Assembly (NCBI GenBank): GCA_951406725.2
Contig: OX597816.1
Location: forward strand, 113,522,001 to 113,586,000
Source of the DNA: Octopus vulgaris
Lineage: Eukaryota
Direction: 5' to 3'
DNA: 64,000 nt
The position numbers and the translations under genes are program-made. The notes below the pieces were generated by a model. The model did no database searches and was not told the DNA's origin. It saw only the letters and a program-made list of their open reading frames with translations. This document shows positions 1 through 14,230 of this stretch, piece by piece; position 1 is the stretch's first letter; every line of letters starts with the position of its first letter.

Positions 1-709
1 CAGCTGTGTTTGTATGTATGTTACTGTCTTTATCTTTGATTGCACTGTATATTTTTCTGCTCTTTCCTTCCATATCATGGACTGACTTAAAAAGGTTGTG
101 ACTATTATTGTTCTTGAAATCAACTTCTAATAGTTTTATTTTGTCATGTAGGTTTTTGTTCTTTTGTATTTTAGCTGCTGTTTAGACTGCTTTGTTCTGT
201 TCTTTGTAACGTTTGGCTTTGACAATATCGTCTGGGTTGTTCAACATTTCTGTTCTTGCATTTCGCTTTTGTTCACAGCATGTCTTTATTTCTAATAGTT
301 GGTCTGTCACTTGTTTTGGAGCTTTCAAGCTGGCGGGATTTCATCTGTTATTTTGTTTGTTGTTTCTTTCAAAGATGCATACACTTTGTATATGTGTGTG
401 TATATGCATATGTTATATATGCATGTTTAGATCAATATGTGTTTGTGTGTGTGTGTATATGTGTGTGAAAGTATATATATATATATATATATATATATGT
501 TTGTGTGCATCTATGTGCATCTCTGTCTGTCTTTTTCTATTTGTATGCATATGTATGTAGGTGTATGTTTTGCCATATGTGTGTAGTTGAGCATGCACAT
601 GAATGTTTGCGATTCTGTATTCACATGTGTCATGAGAAGTTCAGGTATGTGCATGTATATCTCTGTATATATCCTTATGTGTACAAACATATGTATGTGC
701 ATGCATATG

Positions 710-850
710 GGGTTGCTTAAGAAGTTCACTTTCTGGCCACATGGTTTCAGGTTTTGTTTCACCTTGCAGCAACTTGGCAAGTGTATTCTACTATAGACCT
801 AGGCCAACCAAAACCTTGTGAGTGGATTTGGCATTTGGAAGCTAAAAGAA
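710..850 (+). mobile_element. SINE family 1 5' fragment (tRNA-derived)
   Basis: Decayed match to the SINE at 43209 (ggcaagtgt..ctactatag..ccttgtgagtggatttgg). Confidence 0.75.
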
Positions 851-1092
851 AAAAAATTTATAAATATAAATTTAAAATTTTTAATTTAAATAATTTAAAT
901 TTTAAATTTTATATTTTATATATTTTGTATATTATATTAATTATGTTTAGTTTTATGTTTTGGTTTATGTTTTTTAATTGTTTGATTTGCCTAATAGTGG
1001 TTTTATCTCTGATTTAATTTATATTTATACTGTGAAATTGGATTTAATCCTAAATCTAATTTTTCCCTGTAAGTTTGGATTTACTCCCTAAT

Positions 1093-1124
<32 letters not shown>

Positions 1125-1342
1125 TATATATTGTCCAACCAGTTGCCATGATTGACCACTAACTCCAAAAAGATTTTATTCTCTCTCTGTTTATTTCCTT
1201 ATGTTTCTTTCTGTTGAAAAGCATAGACTCTAAACGTAAAAAACTTTCTCATCTTCTTGAGCATCAAAACTAATACACCTGCTTGTTGCTTATACACCTG
1301 TCTTCGTCTTTTGTTTTTCTGTAAATTTCAACTATATATATA

Positions 1343-1655
1343 TCTTAATATATAAAACTGAGAATGTGTGTCAGTCTGTGTGTCTGTCTGTCTGTGTGAA
1401 TCCCTAAACTCGAGAACTACACTACCAATTTCATTCAAATTTTACACATGCCTTACTTAGGGTACATGCAGTGTCATGGGCCAAAAATATTTTCAACTTC
1501 TTGCTTAATGCGAACCTGGAGCAATCTCTTATCTCTTACACCATTTCAGTATTATGTGTCAAAAGTGAAAGAACACCTCTATTGTAATGTGAGATACTTT
1601 CAGTTTAATAGTTTCACTATTAATACTGAAGCTATTAAAGCGAAACTATTATCTC
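1343..1655 (+). mobile_element. Possible Helitron-like non-autonomous 5' end
   Basis: Starts TCTTAATATATAAAA followed by (GTCT)n, a layout typical of Helitron/HINE 5' ends; no 3' CTAG hairpin identified. Confidence 0.35.
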
Positions 1656-1766
1656 ACATACATATACACACATATATTATGTGTATATATCACATATATA
1701 TGTATATATTTATATATATATATATTGATGTATATGTATAGATGTATATGTATATATATGCATGTA

Positions 1767-1806
<40 letters not shown>

Positions 1807-1832
1807 TAAATATATGTATGCATGTATATATG

Positions 1833-1879
<47 letters not shown>

Positions 1880-1904
1880 ACATATATATGTCTGTATATA
1901 TAGA

Positions 1905-3335
1905 GACAAAAATTGAGTGCATAAACATTGAAGAAGATGTAATGCTGGCTATAGATGAGGTTGACACAAACTCAGCTATTGGCCCTGATGGAGTTCCAGT
2001 GGTCCTTCTCAAATCATGCAAGCAAACCCCTGCAAAACCACTGCAGCTTCTCTTTCAGAGCTTCCTAGACAAACTGAAGGAAGGAATAATATGTCCTATC
2101 CATAAGGGAGGAAGCAGGGCAGATGCTAAAAATTATAGGCCTATCTCTGACTTCACACATCAGAAAAGTCATGGAATGAATAGTTCACAAGAAACTAATC
2201 GTGTTCCTTGAAGAAAATGACTTGCTGACTGACACCTAGCATGGATTTTGGCCAGGTAGAAGCTGACTAACACAGCTCCTGCAACACTATGACTGGGTGT
2301 TAAAACAGCTGCTGAATGACTCAAATGTGGATGTGATATATCTCTACTTTGCAAAAGCCTTTGACAAATTCGACCATGTCACAAACTGCATGATCTCTGC
2401 ATTGGTGGAAAACTTACAGAGTGGCTGCATAACTTTCTAAAAGATAGACATCAGGCAGTGGTGGCCAATGAAGCCACCACCAAAGAAACACAAATAGCAA
2501 GTGGTGTTCCACAAGGCACTGTCTTAGGGCCACTGCTCGTCATAGTAGCCCTCTCAGACATGCCCTCAGCTGCTCAGATAGCCACCCTTGCTAGCTATGC
2601 AGATGACACAACAGTCTCATAGATAATACAAAATCCTGGAAATATTGCACATCTACAATGGGAGTTGGATGCAATATACAGGTGGGCTGACGACAACAAC
2701 ATGCAATTTAATGCAGGAAAATTCCAGGTCCTACACTACCAGCACACAAAGCTAAATGATATGCAGTCAGGATACATGGCCAAGGAGGAATTGAAATCCC
2801 TGAATCAAAATAAGTGCATGACCTGGGCATTGACATGAACAATGATGCAGCTTTTCAAGTGCTTATTACCAATTTGATAATAAAATGCAGATGGCTGGCT
2901 GGTTGGATGCTCCGAAATTTCAAAACAAGAGAAAAGGAAACATCGATGATCCTTTGGAGGACATACATCCTCAGCTACTTGGACTACTGCTCCCAACTAT
3001 GGTCACCACACACTGTAAAATCCATGGTGGAACTTGAAGCAATCCAATGAAGCTACACTAGGAAAATCGTTTTGATGCAATGTATCAGCTACTGGGAAAG
3101 ACTGAAAGAATTAAAACTTTTCTCCCTAGAATGAAGGCGGGAAAGATATGCAGTGATATATATCTGGAAAATCCTAGAAGGCCTTGTACCAAACTTTGGC
3201 ATTGAAAGTTACTCAAACTGCTGAATGGGGTGCCACTGCATAATGCCAAATATCCCAGCATTGCCATCAAAATACGGGACCAGATACTGCAACAGCTTGG
3301 GCTTCAAAGGCCTACAGCTCGTCAATATTCTGGCA
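1905..3335 (+). mobile_element. CR1-type LINE ORF2 reverse transcriptase fossil (5' truncated, frameshifted)
   Basis: Motifs GPDGVP, NYRPIS, HGF..GRS, DVIYLYFAKAFD, SGVPQGTVLGPLL, YADD and LDYCSQLWSP across shifting frames. Confidence 0.92.
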
Positions 3336-3339
3336 CTTA

Positions 3340-3752
3340 TTCTATTGGCCTCTTTTGCCAAACCACTAAGTTATTGGAATGTAAACAAACCAGCATCTGT
3401 TGTCAAGTAGTGGGTGGGGACAAACATAAAAATTGCACACACTCACATATACACACATATATATATTCATATATGCACACACACACACACACACACACAT
3501 ATTCATGTATATATATATATATATATATATATAATGCATGTGTACACACATACACTCATATTTATATATATATATATACAGCATATATATGATGAGCTTC
3601 TTTCAGTTTCCATGTGCCAAATCCACTCATAAGGCTAGAGCTGATTGAAGGCTATAGGAGAACACACTTGCCCAGGATACCACACAGTGGGACTGATTGC
3701 AAGACTACATTGTTGGGAAGCAAGCTTCTTAACCACATCACCACATCCATGC
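3340..3752 (-). mobile_element. SINE family 1 with internal CA/TA microsatellite
   Basis: Reverse complement of the 43209 SINE (cttttcagtttcc..aaatccactca..acacttgccca..cttcttaacca). Confidence 0.85.
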
Positions 3753-4117
3753 TTATATTATGTATTAGTCAGAGTGAGGTCTTCTGAAGAAGAAGACTGG
3801 AGCAAACACAGCCAAAAGATAGTGAAAAGCAACAACCAAGTTGAAGAAATGATTCCAACTATTTAATACATAATATAAAAATTCTTCATCTCAGAAATAC
3901 AGAATTGTACGTATGCTTTTATATATATGTAACCATCCCTTTACGAGGTTAACTTGTCCTCTAAGCAACTTTAGTATATTTGTGTATATATATACATACA
4001 TATATATATATACATATATATATACATATGCATATATATATACATATGCATATATATATATATATATAAATATATATACACATACCTACATATATACATA
4101 TATATATATATATATAA

Positions 4118-4150
<33 letters not shown>

Positions 4151-4151
4151 G

Positions 4152-4198
<47 letters not shown>

Positions 4199-5145
4199 CT
4201 CTCCCACTGCAATTTTGGTTTAAAGTTTATGTGTGTGTCATGGCAAGGTAGAATTGAGATGTGAAGCAGCAAAAATTGTTATTCAGAAATTTTTGAAGTA
4301 TTTAGATACATCCTTTTGCATTTCATTTTTCAAATTTCACCAGAGCTAACTTTGTCATACATCCAACAAATGTTAATAAACAAAAGATACCAGTAATATA
4401 CTGATGCATGTTTTGCTCCTTCACATTGATGACCTTGTATCTGTGAAAAATCAGTGTAAGTTCTAATAATTAACAATTCCATAAAATTGCAATTCACTTC
4501 ATTTATTTTGGTCACAATATTTCAACAAGTTACATTGTATAAACAAAGTAGAGAATAAAACATTTTATGACTGAGGCTCTGCAATAAAATGCAGCATTGG
4601 TGACAGGGCATCAAAAATCCATTGTAGTTCTTGTAACTGAAGCAACAAAGCAACAGCAGTAAAAAAAAAATTAATATTAGAAAAACACTTGTTCTGAAAA
4701 TAGTAATTTACATAGACCAGGAGCTCTAATCTATTTTACAAATCCTCATTTGGAATATTTCATGTAGAAATATCTTTGCCTGGAGCATAGTGCAGAAAAG
4801 GTCTCACTAGAGCTTGTTTTGGTTTATATGGATTTATGATTAAGTGTGACAATACTGAATGGATATTGTCAAGTGGATGTCAAAAGTAAGAATTTGTACA
4901 TATTAAATGGAACCTTATCTGTTAAACCTATAAGTATATTGATGAAATAATAGTAAAAGGGGTGTTTAATTGAATCTATGACAGAATGATTATGTCCTTG
5001 GTTTGTTCCCATTCCATAGTATCTTGATAAAATTCAGTTTTCTACAGCTTCAGAGCAACTCAGAACTTGTTAGTGAAAATTGATAGTAAAATAAGCTGCA
5101 GAGAAGCTCCTTGGATGAATGAATTGTACATTAAGAATTATCTTA

Positions 5146-5208
<63 letters not shown>

Positions 5209-5568
5209 ACATGCATATATCTTTTAAATTTGTTTATGGGAAATGTTTTGAATATTCAAATAATGTTCCTATTCTATTATGTTGGCCACAGTCTAATGAT
5301 ACTGAGTGGTGAATCAGTTTTTCAGGGTTGCATTGAGATGTACTGATATATTTATAATAATAATAACCATAATCTTTGGATGGAATTTATTAACATTTAA
5401 TGCATCACTATACACATTTCCACAAACCACATGTCTCTTATGATCACAGTCCTTATTCCTGGGATGATTACAGTGCAGTCTGTAGTATACATTGATATCG
5501 GGTTGATCATCATCATGGATGCGTTAAATGTTTATAAATTCCATCCAAATATTATTATTATTATCATC

Positions 5569-5614
<46 letters not shown>

Positions 5615-6424
5615 GTATGTGATTATGTGTGTATGGAATACTCAGCCACTTACATGTTCAGTCAGGAACTGGTAATTCAGTTGGTTGCATAACTGAACTC
5701 TCATTGCTGAAGAATGGATACTCGCCACCATGTTTAATATTTGCAACATTTAATATGTCTTCTTGCTTCTTGAAGATATGTAAACACATTATTTAAAAAG
5801 CTATTTATTAACAATTATAATATACAAAATATTTATGTAATATCATAATAAATAATTATTGTAAATTTACTAGCACTTTTGTAAGTATTGGTGATTTGTA
5901 CCCATTAGAATTTTAAATAATGTGTATTTAATACAATATGTTCAAAAATTGGTTTCTTTTTCATTTCAAGAATTTAATTAAGTAAAATTTTAGAAGTTAC
6001 CTAATAATAAAAATGAAGCCAAAGATTTTTATGATTTCTACTTTAGTTTTCATCTTTTTTTTTTTTTCAATTAGTAATATTTAGTTTAAAAGTAAGATAA
6101 CATAATATCCTTTATTTAAAAACTTTTATTTCAGAAGATTCATGCTCCAAAGAGATAAAAATTAGAAATACATGCCCACTCAAATAGATTTTTATTTTTC
6201 ATATTGTGTATAGCTGTGGATGTGCAAGCTTTTGTATATAAATCATGTGTATTGGTGTAAAACATACCTAATAAATTCATACAATATATATAATGTATCT
6301 ATACAGATACGTAAGTATAAGTATTATATATGCAAAATATATATAAAATATGATATTATATAGATAATGCATGTTCAACAATTGCATACATATGTACACA
6401 TACATACATACATACATACATACA

Positions 6425-6455
<31 letters not shown>

Positions 6456-6458
6456 GTG

Positions 6459-6503
<45 letters not shown>

Positions 6504-8319
6504 ACATATATATACATACACACATACATACACTGTATAAATGTAGTAAATGTATGTTTTTGTGTGTGAGTGTGTTTGCATTTGTAAAAAACAAACAAAT
6601 TCTGAAAATATTTATTCAATTTGATTTTGAAGGTTTCAGAAGATATGTGCAGTCACAATAGCTACTCTGCATAAAGGACAATAAAATTATAGGTTGATGT
6701 CTAATTTATGGCATTGTTTCTCATCATTTCTTTTTATTTGTTTGTATATCATTTGTGCTATTCATCTAATAACTTTAAAAGAGAATTCTGACTTGAATAT
6801 TTTCTTCAGTAAAATTTGAGTAAAAGATTTCTTTCAAGAAGAAAATCAAATTTCAATATTTATTTCTAGGAAAGAGTGAAATTGAATTTTCATTTATAAC
6901 CATTCAGTTGATTTTTTTTTGTGTGTGAAAATTGATTGCTAATAGGGAAATGTATATCAACATCGACACCTTTATGCATATAGATGTGTTTAGGTGTTTG
7001 CATGCTCAATACTGAAGATTTGTATAGGTTAACATTAAATTAGAAAAGAAATATTACAGCTTTAGATGCAATACTAGATTTAGTCAATGAATTCTATATG
7101 TGGTTTATCACCATTTCTCTTTTCTTTCATTTGATTTTTCTTTTCATGTATATACATTCTATAAGAACACCTTTTGGTTTATGTTGTAATGAATTAAACA
7201 TGAAAACAAGGAAAAAAAAAGAACATCACAAAATCTCATGAAAAACTTGAATTGAGCAATATATTTGTATTTCCAAATATTTCCTAACCAGAACAATGTG
7301 ATATATTTGCAGAGAAACAATTGAAAAGTAAATATATATCTTAATATTTCACAGAAGCTACTTCTCTTTCAGATATTTAAAACTACATGTTATCTGAACA
7401 TTTCTAAAAATATAATCTAAAATGTGTTACACTGTCACATCCTTTCTTGGTTTATGTGTACTTCATATATATGCTTCTATGCCATTGCTTTTCATTTAAG
7501 CACCATTTATTCCTATTATATGTCTATTCCAGACATCTCTCTTGAATAATGTTACCAAACAATTTATCAGGATATTTCAGGGGTGATTATAACATTGGAT
7601 TGTTACTTATCTCCTGGAGTATAAGGAACCAAAGACAATGGCTGGCCTAATTGCTACAAAATAGCAGGCAAATCTTTGTCAGATTACACCCAATTGATTT
7701 TTCAAAAAAAGGAAGAACTGATTTGCTAATGTAGTCCTGGATTTACATAAAATATTGCAATTACTTTCTTTGGAATACTTCAACCTCCTTTTGCCACCAC
7801 CCTGTTTGGAGTCTGCTAATACCATTTTCCAAAGGTAACTTGCCAACGTAGAGAACAATAGCTCATTTTTCATCTGAGAACTGTTCCCAGTGGTATGAAA
7901 ACTTACTTTTAATTTCTCTAAATATGCTAGTCATACTTCTGCACGTGTTTGTCTCTCTTCATTGTCATATGTGCTTTTTGTCTGGTGCTAGTCTGTGTGT
8001 CTGTTACTAACCTGCTTATGCCATACTTTACTCACATGCTACTTACATCAGTTGGTTGCTTTGCCTTTACTGCATCACATCTCACACCAATGATCTTTCT
8101 ATTGCCATCTCACCATGACCCTTATTGAGTTACTTCCTCATTCTCATTTCAACCCTACTAACCCTACTTAAAATATTCACTTCTCTGTCACTTCCATTTA
8201 GAAACTTGTACTTACTGTTTGGTAGGAAAATGAGGAATATGGGGGCATGTATTGTAACAACATCTTGCTTACAACTTTTGGTGGATGATGCCTTTTCACC
8301 ACTCAGCTGAAAACTCTCC

Positions 8320-8553
8320 AACCCATGGGTCTGTTTTGGGTAGTTGTTGGTGGTGAAAGTTTTACAAGGTCAGAGTGCAAACCAAACCCAACCACTTTTA
8401 GTTGCCTTTTACAACATGCCAGTTCCTACACTAGAGCAATGTGAAATGAAGTGCTTTGCTCAAGAACAAAACTCGCTGTCCATTTCAGGACTTGAAGCCA
8501 CAGTTTGGTGATCACAAGTGCAACATCTTAACCACTAGGCTGCATGCCTTCAC
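8320..8553 (-). mobile_element. SINE family 3 copy
   Basis: Shares core gagcaatgtgaaatgaagtg..tgctcaagaac and the tRNA-like head with 22297-22548. Confidence 0.7.
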
Positions 8554-9489
8554 AATACTAATTCAGGATTGAACTTTAGATAAATAAATATAGGGCATGA
8601 TATGAAGTATTTAATGATTTCTGAAAATACTTTGTATGGTTAAAGAAATGACCAGTCTTCATGTTTATGTTAGGTTCCTAGATGAAAGTAATCTCTTACA
8701 TTTACTTTTACTTATTTACTTGTCTATTTTATTTTATTTTTATAATTTCAGTTAGTATTTTTTATAGTTTCATAATGTACAATATGAATGCTATGTGAGT
8801 AGAAAGCTTTTTAATTAATTTTTTTTTTATAAATGTTTAATTGAAAAGAAGTAAAGCAAAATTTTGATTCAGAGGGAATCACTCATGTGGCTTTCTAATG
8901 CCTGGTAGTAAATAAAGGATTAGAATACTTCAAGAGATTAAACAAATCATTAAGCTGTCTTTAAAAGGTTTCAAAGTGTTAAGTCCATCAAATGTCACAA
9001 AACAGGTTTAAGAAATGTTGACTTAACTAAGACCATTTTTTAGAACAAAATCCTCCTACAATTCCCGGTTAAGAGGTCATTTTTCCCAGTGGATCTCTTT
9101 ACTACCTGCAGAGGTTAGGGTATTCCTACCATAAGGTATATATGTTTCACATCTATGACAAAATTATGAATATAAATTTAAACTAAAAATGACTCAAAAA
9201 CCTTTTGCACACAGCCTATTTATCACAATTTCTCATGGAACTCTAGGGATCTAGTGAACCCCCATTAGAAAATTGACGAGTTAGAGCATCAGATAGAATA
9301 CCCTACCATATTTGATCTAGCTCTCTATGATCTGAGTTCAGGTCCTTTCAAGATCAACTTTGTTTTTCATCCTTTTGGAGTTGGATTTGCAAAATGCTAG
9401 ATGAGCTATCTTGTAGTATTGTGTGGATTTGTGCAATCTGGGTTCACATTCTACCTCATGTCATTAGAAAAATGGGTTCCTATTCTATC

Positions 9490-9745
9490 AGTTTCAGTTA
9501 CTGAACTGCTAAGTTACAAGGGTGTAAAGAAGCCAATACTGGTTGTTAAGTGGTGGGCATGACAAACACATTGACATGCATACACGTACATATTATATAC
9601 ATACATTTCTGTCTACCAGATTCACAAATGAGGCACTGGTCAGCTCAGGGCTAGCGTAGAAGACATTTACCCGAGGTGCCACATAATGGGACTGAACTTG
9701 AAACCATGCAGTTGTGAAGTGAATTTCTTAACCACAAAACCACAC
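9490..9745 (-). mobile_element. SINE family 1, decayed
   Basis: gacatttacccgaggtgcc..tgggactgaac..aaccatg matches the reverse complement of the family 1 head. Confidence 0.75.
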
Positions 9746-10209
9746 TGGCACCTTTGAACTTCCAAACCATGTAACCATAACTCCTGCCAGCATGGAAAAA
9801 CAGGTGTTAAATGATGATACACACACACACACACATGTATGCACACGCACACACACACACACACACACATACTCACATACACACGCACACACATACACAT
9901 ATGTGCACATGCACACACACACATTTTTTCCATAATATAATGTATGAATACATTGTTAAAGATTTTAAATGACTATAGAAATGACTATATTTATAAAAAA
10001 TATAAAAAATATAGTCAGTTTTTTCCCCAAAATTTTTTCAAGAACTATTGTAATTTAAAAATGTAAATTTTACAATTACTATTGTTTGAGAATAAATTCC
10101 AGACTTGCTACTAACTTTTACCTAATTACACACACACACTTACACATAGACATGCACATACACAGACATGTACACACACACAGACATATATTTATGTATA
10201 TATATAGGG

Positions 10210-10532
10210 TGAAGATACTCCCCCCCTTTTGGTCATGAATGACCAAGGGATTCCATCTAGAAAGTTACCCTCCAAGGCACAAGTCCAGGTAAAGTTGTTG
10301 ATGGAAGACCAGCAGTTGCCCATGCATACACACTACCAATGTTATCCAAGGGAAAGGCAAAGGCCGATACAGCTTGGCACCAGTGATGTTGCAACTCATT
10401 TCTACAACTGAGTGAAATGGAGCAACATGAAATAAAGAGTCTTGCTCAAGAACACAACACAAAGCCCAGTCCAGGAATCGAAGCCACTACTTCATGATTG
10501 TCAGGCTGATGCTCTAATCATTGAGCCGTGCC
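10210..10532 (-). mobile_element. SINE family 3 copy with a different tail
   Basis: Head ccaggaatcgaa (B box on minus strand) and core cttgctcaagaacacaa shared with the 22297 SINE. Confidence 0.75.
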
Positions 10533-11431
10533 ATATATTTCATTAATACTTCTATATACTGCTATTTTGATATTTAATATCTCGTAGCAGCTTAGTCAAT
10601 GGTAGTTGACATTCATGTTAACCAACAATAAAATGGGTAATGTGTCTAACATAAAAGTAAAATATTTCAGGTGAAATATGTGTGTGCATACATGCATGTA
10701 TGCATGTGTTTGCATGTATGCATGTGTGTATGTGTATGCGCACATATGACCTTGTTGGTTTTGACTTCCTGTTGGAAATGTTAGTTTATTTTAACTTGCT
10801 ATCACTTCCCTCACAGTGTTTTTATAAGAATATATTAAAAACTAAGTTATTTTGTTATTTTCATTACCCATTCTGTAAACATTCTATCTTTAAGTGTTGT
10901 GTTAAGGTCTTACAGACTTTTATGAGCCCAGATTTTGCAATCAACTGTTGCATATGAATTGTGGAACTACTTTCTGTCCCAAAGAATCCAAGTTCAGTGA
11001 TACTTAGATTTAAACTAGTTGGTACATATATAGTTTCTGCAATAGTGAGGCCTGTGGAACTGAAAGTGTATTCTGAATACAGACAGGATTTGAAGACTTT
11101 TCATCTGTAATACATAGATATCTTTTTTCTGCTGTTTCCTCACCCCACTTTTGTTATATGGGCAGCTGATTTTCATATAAATATATAGAAAGATAAATAG
11201 AGATACATGCGTGCCTCCCACACATGCATGCATATATTGAATAATGAATGTTAAAGTGATGATGATGATGTGTTTGTATGTGTGTATATGCATATATATA
11301 TATATATCTAATGTATATCTATCTGTCTATACATTGTGTGAATCTGTGTGTGTTATATGTATATATATATATATTTATATATACATACATATATACATAT
11401 ATAAATATATACATATTTATATACACATATT

Positions 11432-11469
<38 letters not shown>

Positions 11470-11529
11470 TTTATATATATATGTGTGTATATATATATGT
11501 GTGTGTGTATATATATATATATTGACCTT

Positions 11530-11990
11530 TCATTCTTGGTTTGACTACTCTCCGTGCAACATCTTTATTCCTCCCTGTGCCTGTCAAATTTTATGTCCCT
11601 GCCATAAGGCTTTATTTCCACACATGCCAGCTTAATTTAATTTGTCCTTAGTCAAAAGACACCTGATGTTATGTTCTGTTATTTGCATTTGTATTTGTGT
11701 AATATTTCTCTGTTTTTTTCCGTCCTTGTTTTCATATACATTCGCTGCTTTCTTCCAAGGAATCTAATGCTCTTAGCTTAGTTTTTCCTTGGGGCTGCCC
11801 AGATTAGAGCAATCTCAAGTATAACTAGCCAAAATTGCAAAGATAATCTGGAACTCGACTGAGGATAAAAAACTCTGAATGACCTATCCTTGTTTTCTTT
11901 GTATCATCTGTCTTGATGTTTTGTTGTCCCTTTTTTGTATCACCTAACTGTCTGGATGTTTTGCGTTCTTGTCCGATTTTTGTATTTTTA
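11530..11990 (+). mobile_element. Penelope-like element 3' non-coding fragment
   Basis: 11875-11990 is homologous to 52933-53060, which directly follows a GIY-YIG coding fragment. Confidence 0.6.
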
Positions 11991-12239
11991 TATATTTATA
12001 TATATATATATAGAGAGAGCGAGGGGCGGAGAGAAAAGAAAATTCTTGAATCAAAGATCAAGGAGACCAGAAATATGAAGTGAACTTAAGACAAAAACAA
12101 TTTAGAGCTAATATATTTTACAAATTTAATGTTTTAGCAAAGAACCTCTACTTAGCTCCTCAGAGTAACTGAGTGGTTAGGTTGTGCATATGTCTGTATG
12201 CATGTACACACTTAATTTTGGTGTGGTGTGGTTAGTTTT

Positions 12240-12310
<71 letters not shown>

Positions 12311-12499
12311 ATATATATATATTTATATATATATTACATATATGTTTCATATATATTACTTTGGAAATAAAGTCTAATGGCATTTCAAGATGGGAAATAA
12401 AAGCTTCTATGGTCTTAATTGATATATTTAATCAAGATAATATTTTCCCTCGTTATTGATAACATAATCTCTGTTATTTGGAAAATTACTGATGCTGCA

Positions 12500-13010
12500 G
12501 GCATAAAATCCTTCAGGTTTAGAAGTAAAGAAACACTCAATATCATTTCAAGTCTCTCTACAATTAATAAACTGTTTCCCCACTAAATAATGTTGCAGTT
12601 ATCTGAAAAGAGGATAATAAGATGGATTCAAGGTCAGAAGAGTAAGGAGGATGAAGCAAAACTTCCTTATTGTGCCATAAACCTTTTCCTCAGTGGCTGA
12701 AGCAATCTGTAATTTTGCATTATTTTGTAAGAGCAATATCTCTGTCTGACTGACCAATGATGAGTACTTTTCTGCAAATCTTTGTGCAGTGCTTCCAATT
12801 GATGAGAGTACTTCTCCACATTAATTGTTTCATTTTGGTTTATAACTTCAATACAGATGACACCCTTCAAATCACCAAACACAGAGCATTATTTTTTGAG
12901 ATGGATTCTTCTTTTTCATTTGATGCTAACGTTAGTTGTTCCTTTTAGTTATGATTGTAGAGAACCAACTTTTCATCAATTGTGATAATTTTGCAAAAAG
13001 TGGAGACTTT
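12500..13010 (-). mobile_element. Mariner transposase fragment, decayed
   Basis: Minus strand reads GVICIEVINQNETINVEKY..QL and VLLHPPYSSDL, homologous to the mariner DD34D domain. Confidence 0.75.
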
Positions 13011-13155
13011 CATATGATGAATATTTGAATGTAAATAAATAGATATTTATATTAATAAATCCAACTTACACAGAGTACAATATGGCTAGCTCTCCACATC
13101 TAATAGTTCCACCTTTGAACTTCTCTGCATTATGATCTGAGATGTAAGATCTTTT

Positions 13156-13280
13156 CTACCCTGATGATGGAGGCTTAATTTATCCAATGTTGATAGTTTC
13201 CATTATGGCTTCATATTGTGATGAACTATATCTACCAACATTATGATGGATCTCCAAGCCCCCAGAAACAGCTGTTAGAC
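13156..13280 (+). ncRNA. Type I hammerhead ribozyme motif, long stem II, eroded stem I
   Basis: CTGATGA(13161-67), stem TGGAGGCTT/AAGCCCCCA with inner helices ATCCA/TGGAT and ATGTTGATAG/CTACCAACAT, GAAA, palindrome CAGCTG, TT. Confidence 0.6.
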
Positions 13281-13634
13281 TTGTAACACCTTTATTCATC
13301 CCCTTTAATTTTCTCTGTCGTTTGTTACTCTGTGTAAGTTGGATCTATTAATATAAATATCTATATATTTATTCTTAGATATTCATTGTCTGAAAGACTT
13401 CACTTTTTGCTTTCTCTCATTTAGCATGTATACATATATACATATTTTGTATTTCATACCAAAACTGTTATATTTAATTCATCTAATTTATTTATCTGTA
13501 TAATTGCCTCCGTATCTGCTCAACTTGATCCCTCTTATAGTCGTTCTTTATCATGTGGAATTGATCCCCATGTAAAGACATCAAAGTCTAAATTTGAATC
13601 ATCTGAGCACTACTGTCTTCTATACTGAGAATCT

Positions 13635-13770
13635 CTGGAGTGGTTGGCATTAGGAAGGGCATCCAGCTGTAGAAAACCTTGCCGGATCAGAGTGGAGCCT
13701 GGTAAAGCCTTCTGGCTTGCCAGTCCTCAGTCAAACAGTCCAACCCATGTCAGTATGATAATGATGATGT
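13635..13770 (+). mobile_element. RTE-related 3' tail copy
   Basis: ggagtggttggc.ttaggaagggcatccagctgtagaaa..caacccatg..(gat)n, as at the end of the 21.5-25.3 kb RTE. Confidence 0.8.
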
Positions 13771-14185
13771 GTGCGTGTGTGTATACATATATATAATACA
13801 CACACACACATATATATGCATATATATATACATATATATATATATTTACATAAGTTTTATAAGTCATTGTTTACATAGATGTATTTGTATATGAAATGTT
13901 TTACCGTTCAGTGCTGGCTTTAAATTCTATTGAAAATCTGTAGCGATAAACTTAAAAGTAATTGAATTACATTGACAACACAAGAATAGGAAATAGTATC
14001 AATTTATTATTTTTAATATACTTTGCCATATATTATGACTGCAGAACAATATACCATTTCCCTAGCAGCAATTAATATGTAAATACTATTTGCCAGGAAT
14101 GTGCTTAATATGTAAATCACTACCCAGTAGTGTTACACCACTAAACTTAGTGGGTATTCAAGCAATGTGTTAATCTGTTGGATGT

Positions 14186-14230
14186 GATGCTGATGAAGGA
14201 GCAATAACTCCTGAAATATGCATATACACC
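14186..14230 (+). ncRNA. Minimal type I hammerhead ribozyme motif
   Basis: CTGATGA-AGGAG-caataa-CTCCT-GAAA-TATGCATA-TA; stem I only 3 of 4 bp (GATG/CACC). Confidence 0.5.

Noticed and set aside
1205-1245. ctttCTGTTGAaaagcatagactctAAACGTAaaaa, HHR-like remnant
   Set aside because: Several core and stem mismatches; may be a decayed PLE end but unsupported from this copy
213-1916. Many ORFs rich in YI/CV/HT dipeptides here and throughout the window
   Set aside because: Translations of (TA)n, (TG)n and (CA)n microsatellites; no coding signal
11875-11890. CTGAGGA...GAAT motif, also at 52936-52960 after the GIY-YIG fragment
   Set aside because: Position fits a pLTR ribozyme, but GAAA, stem II and stem I are not convincingly present in either copy
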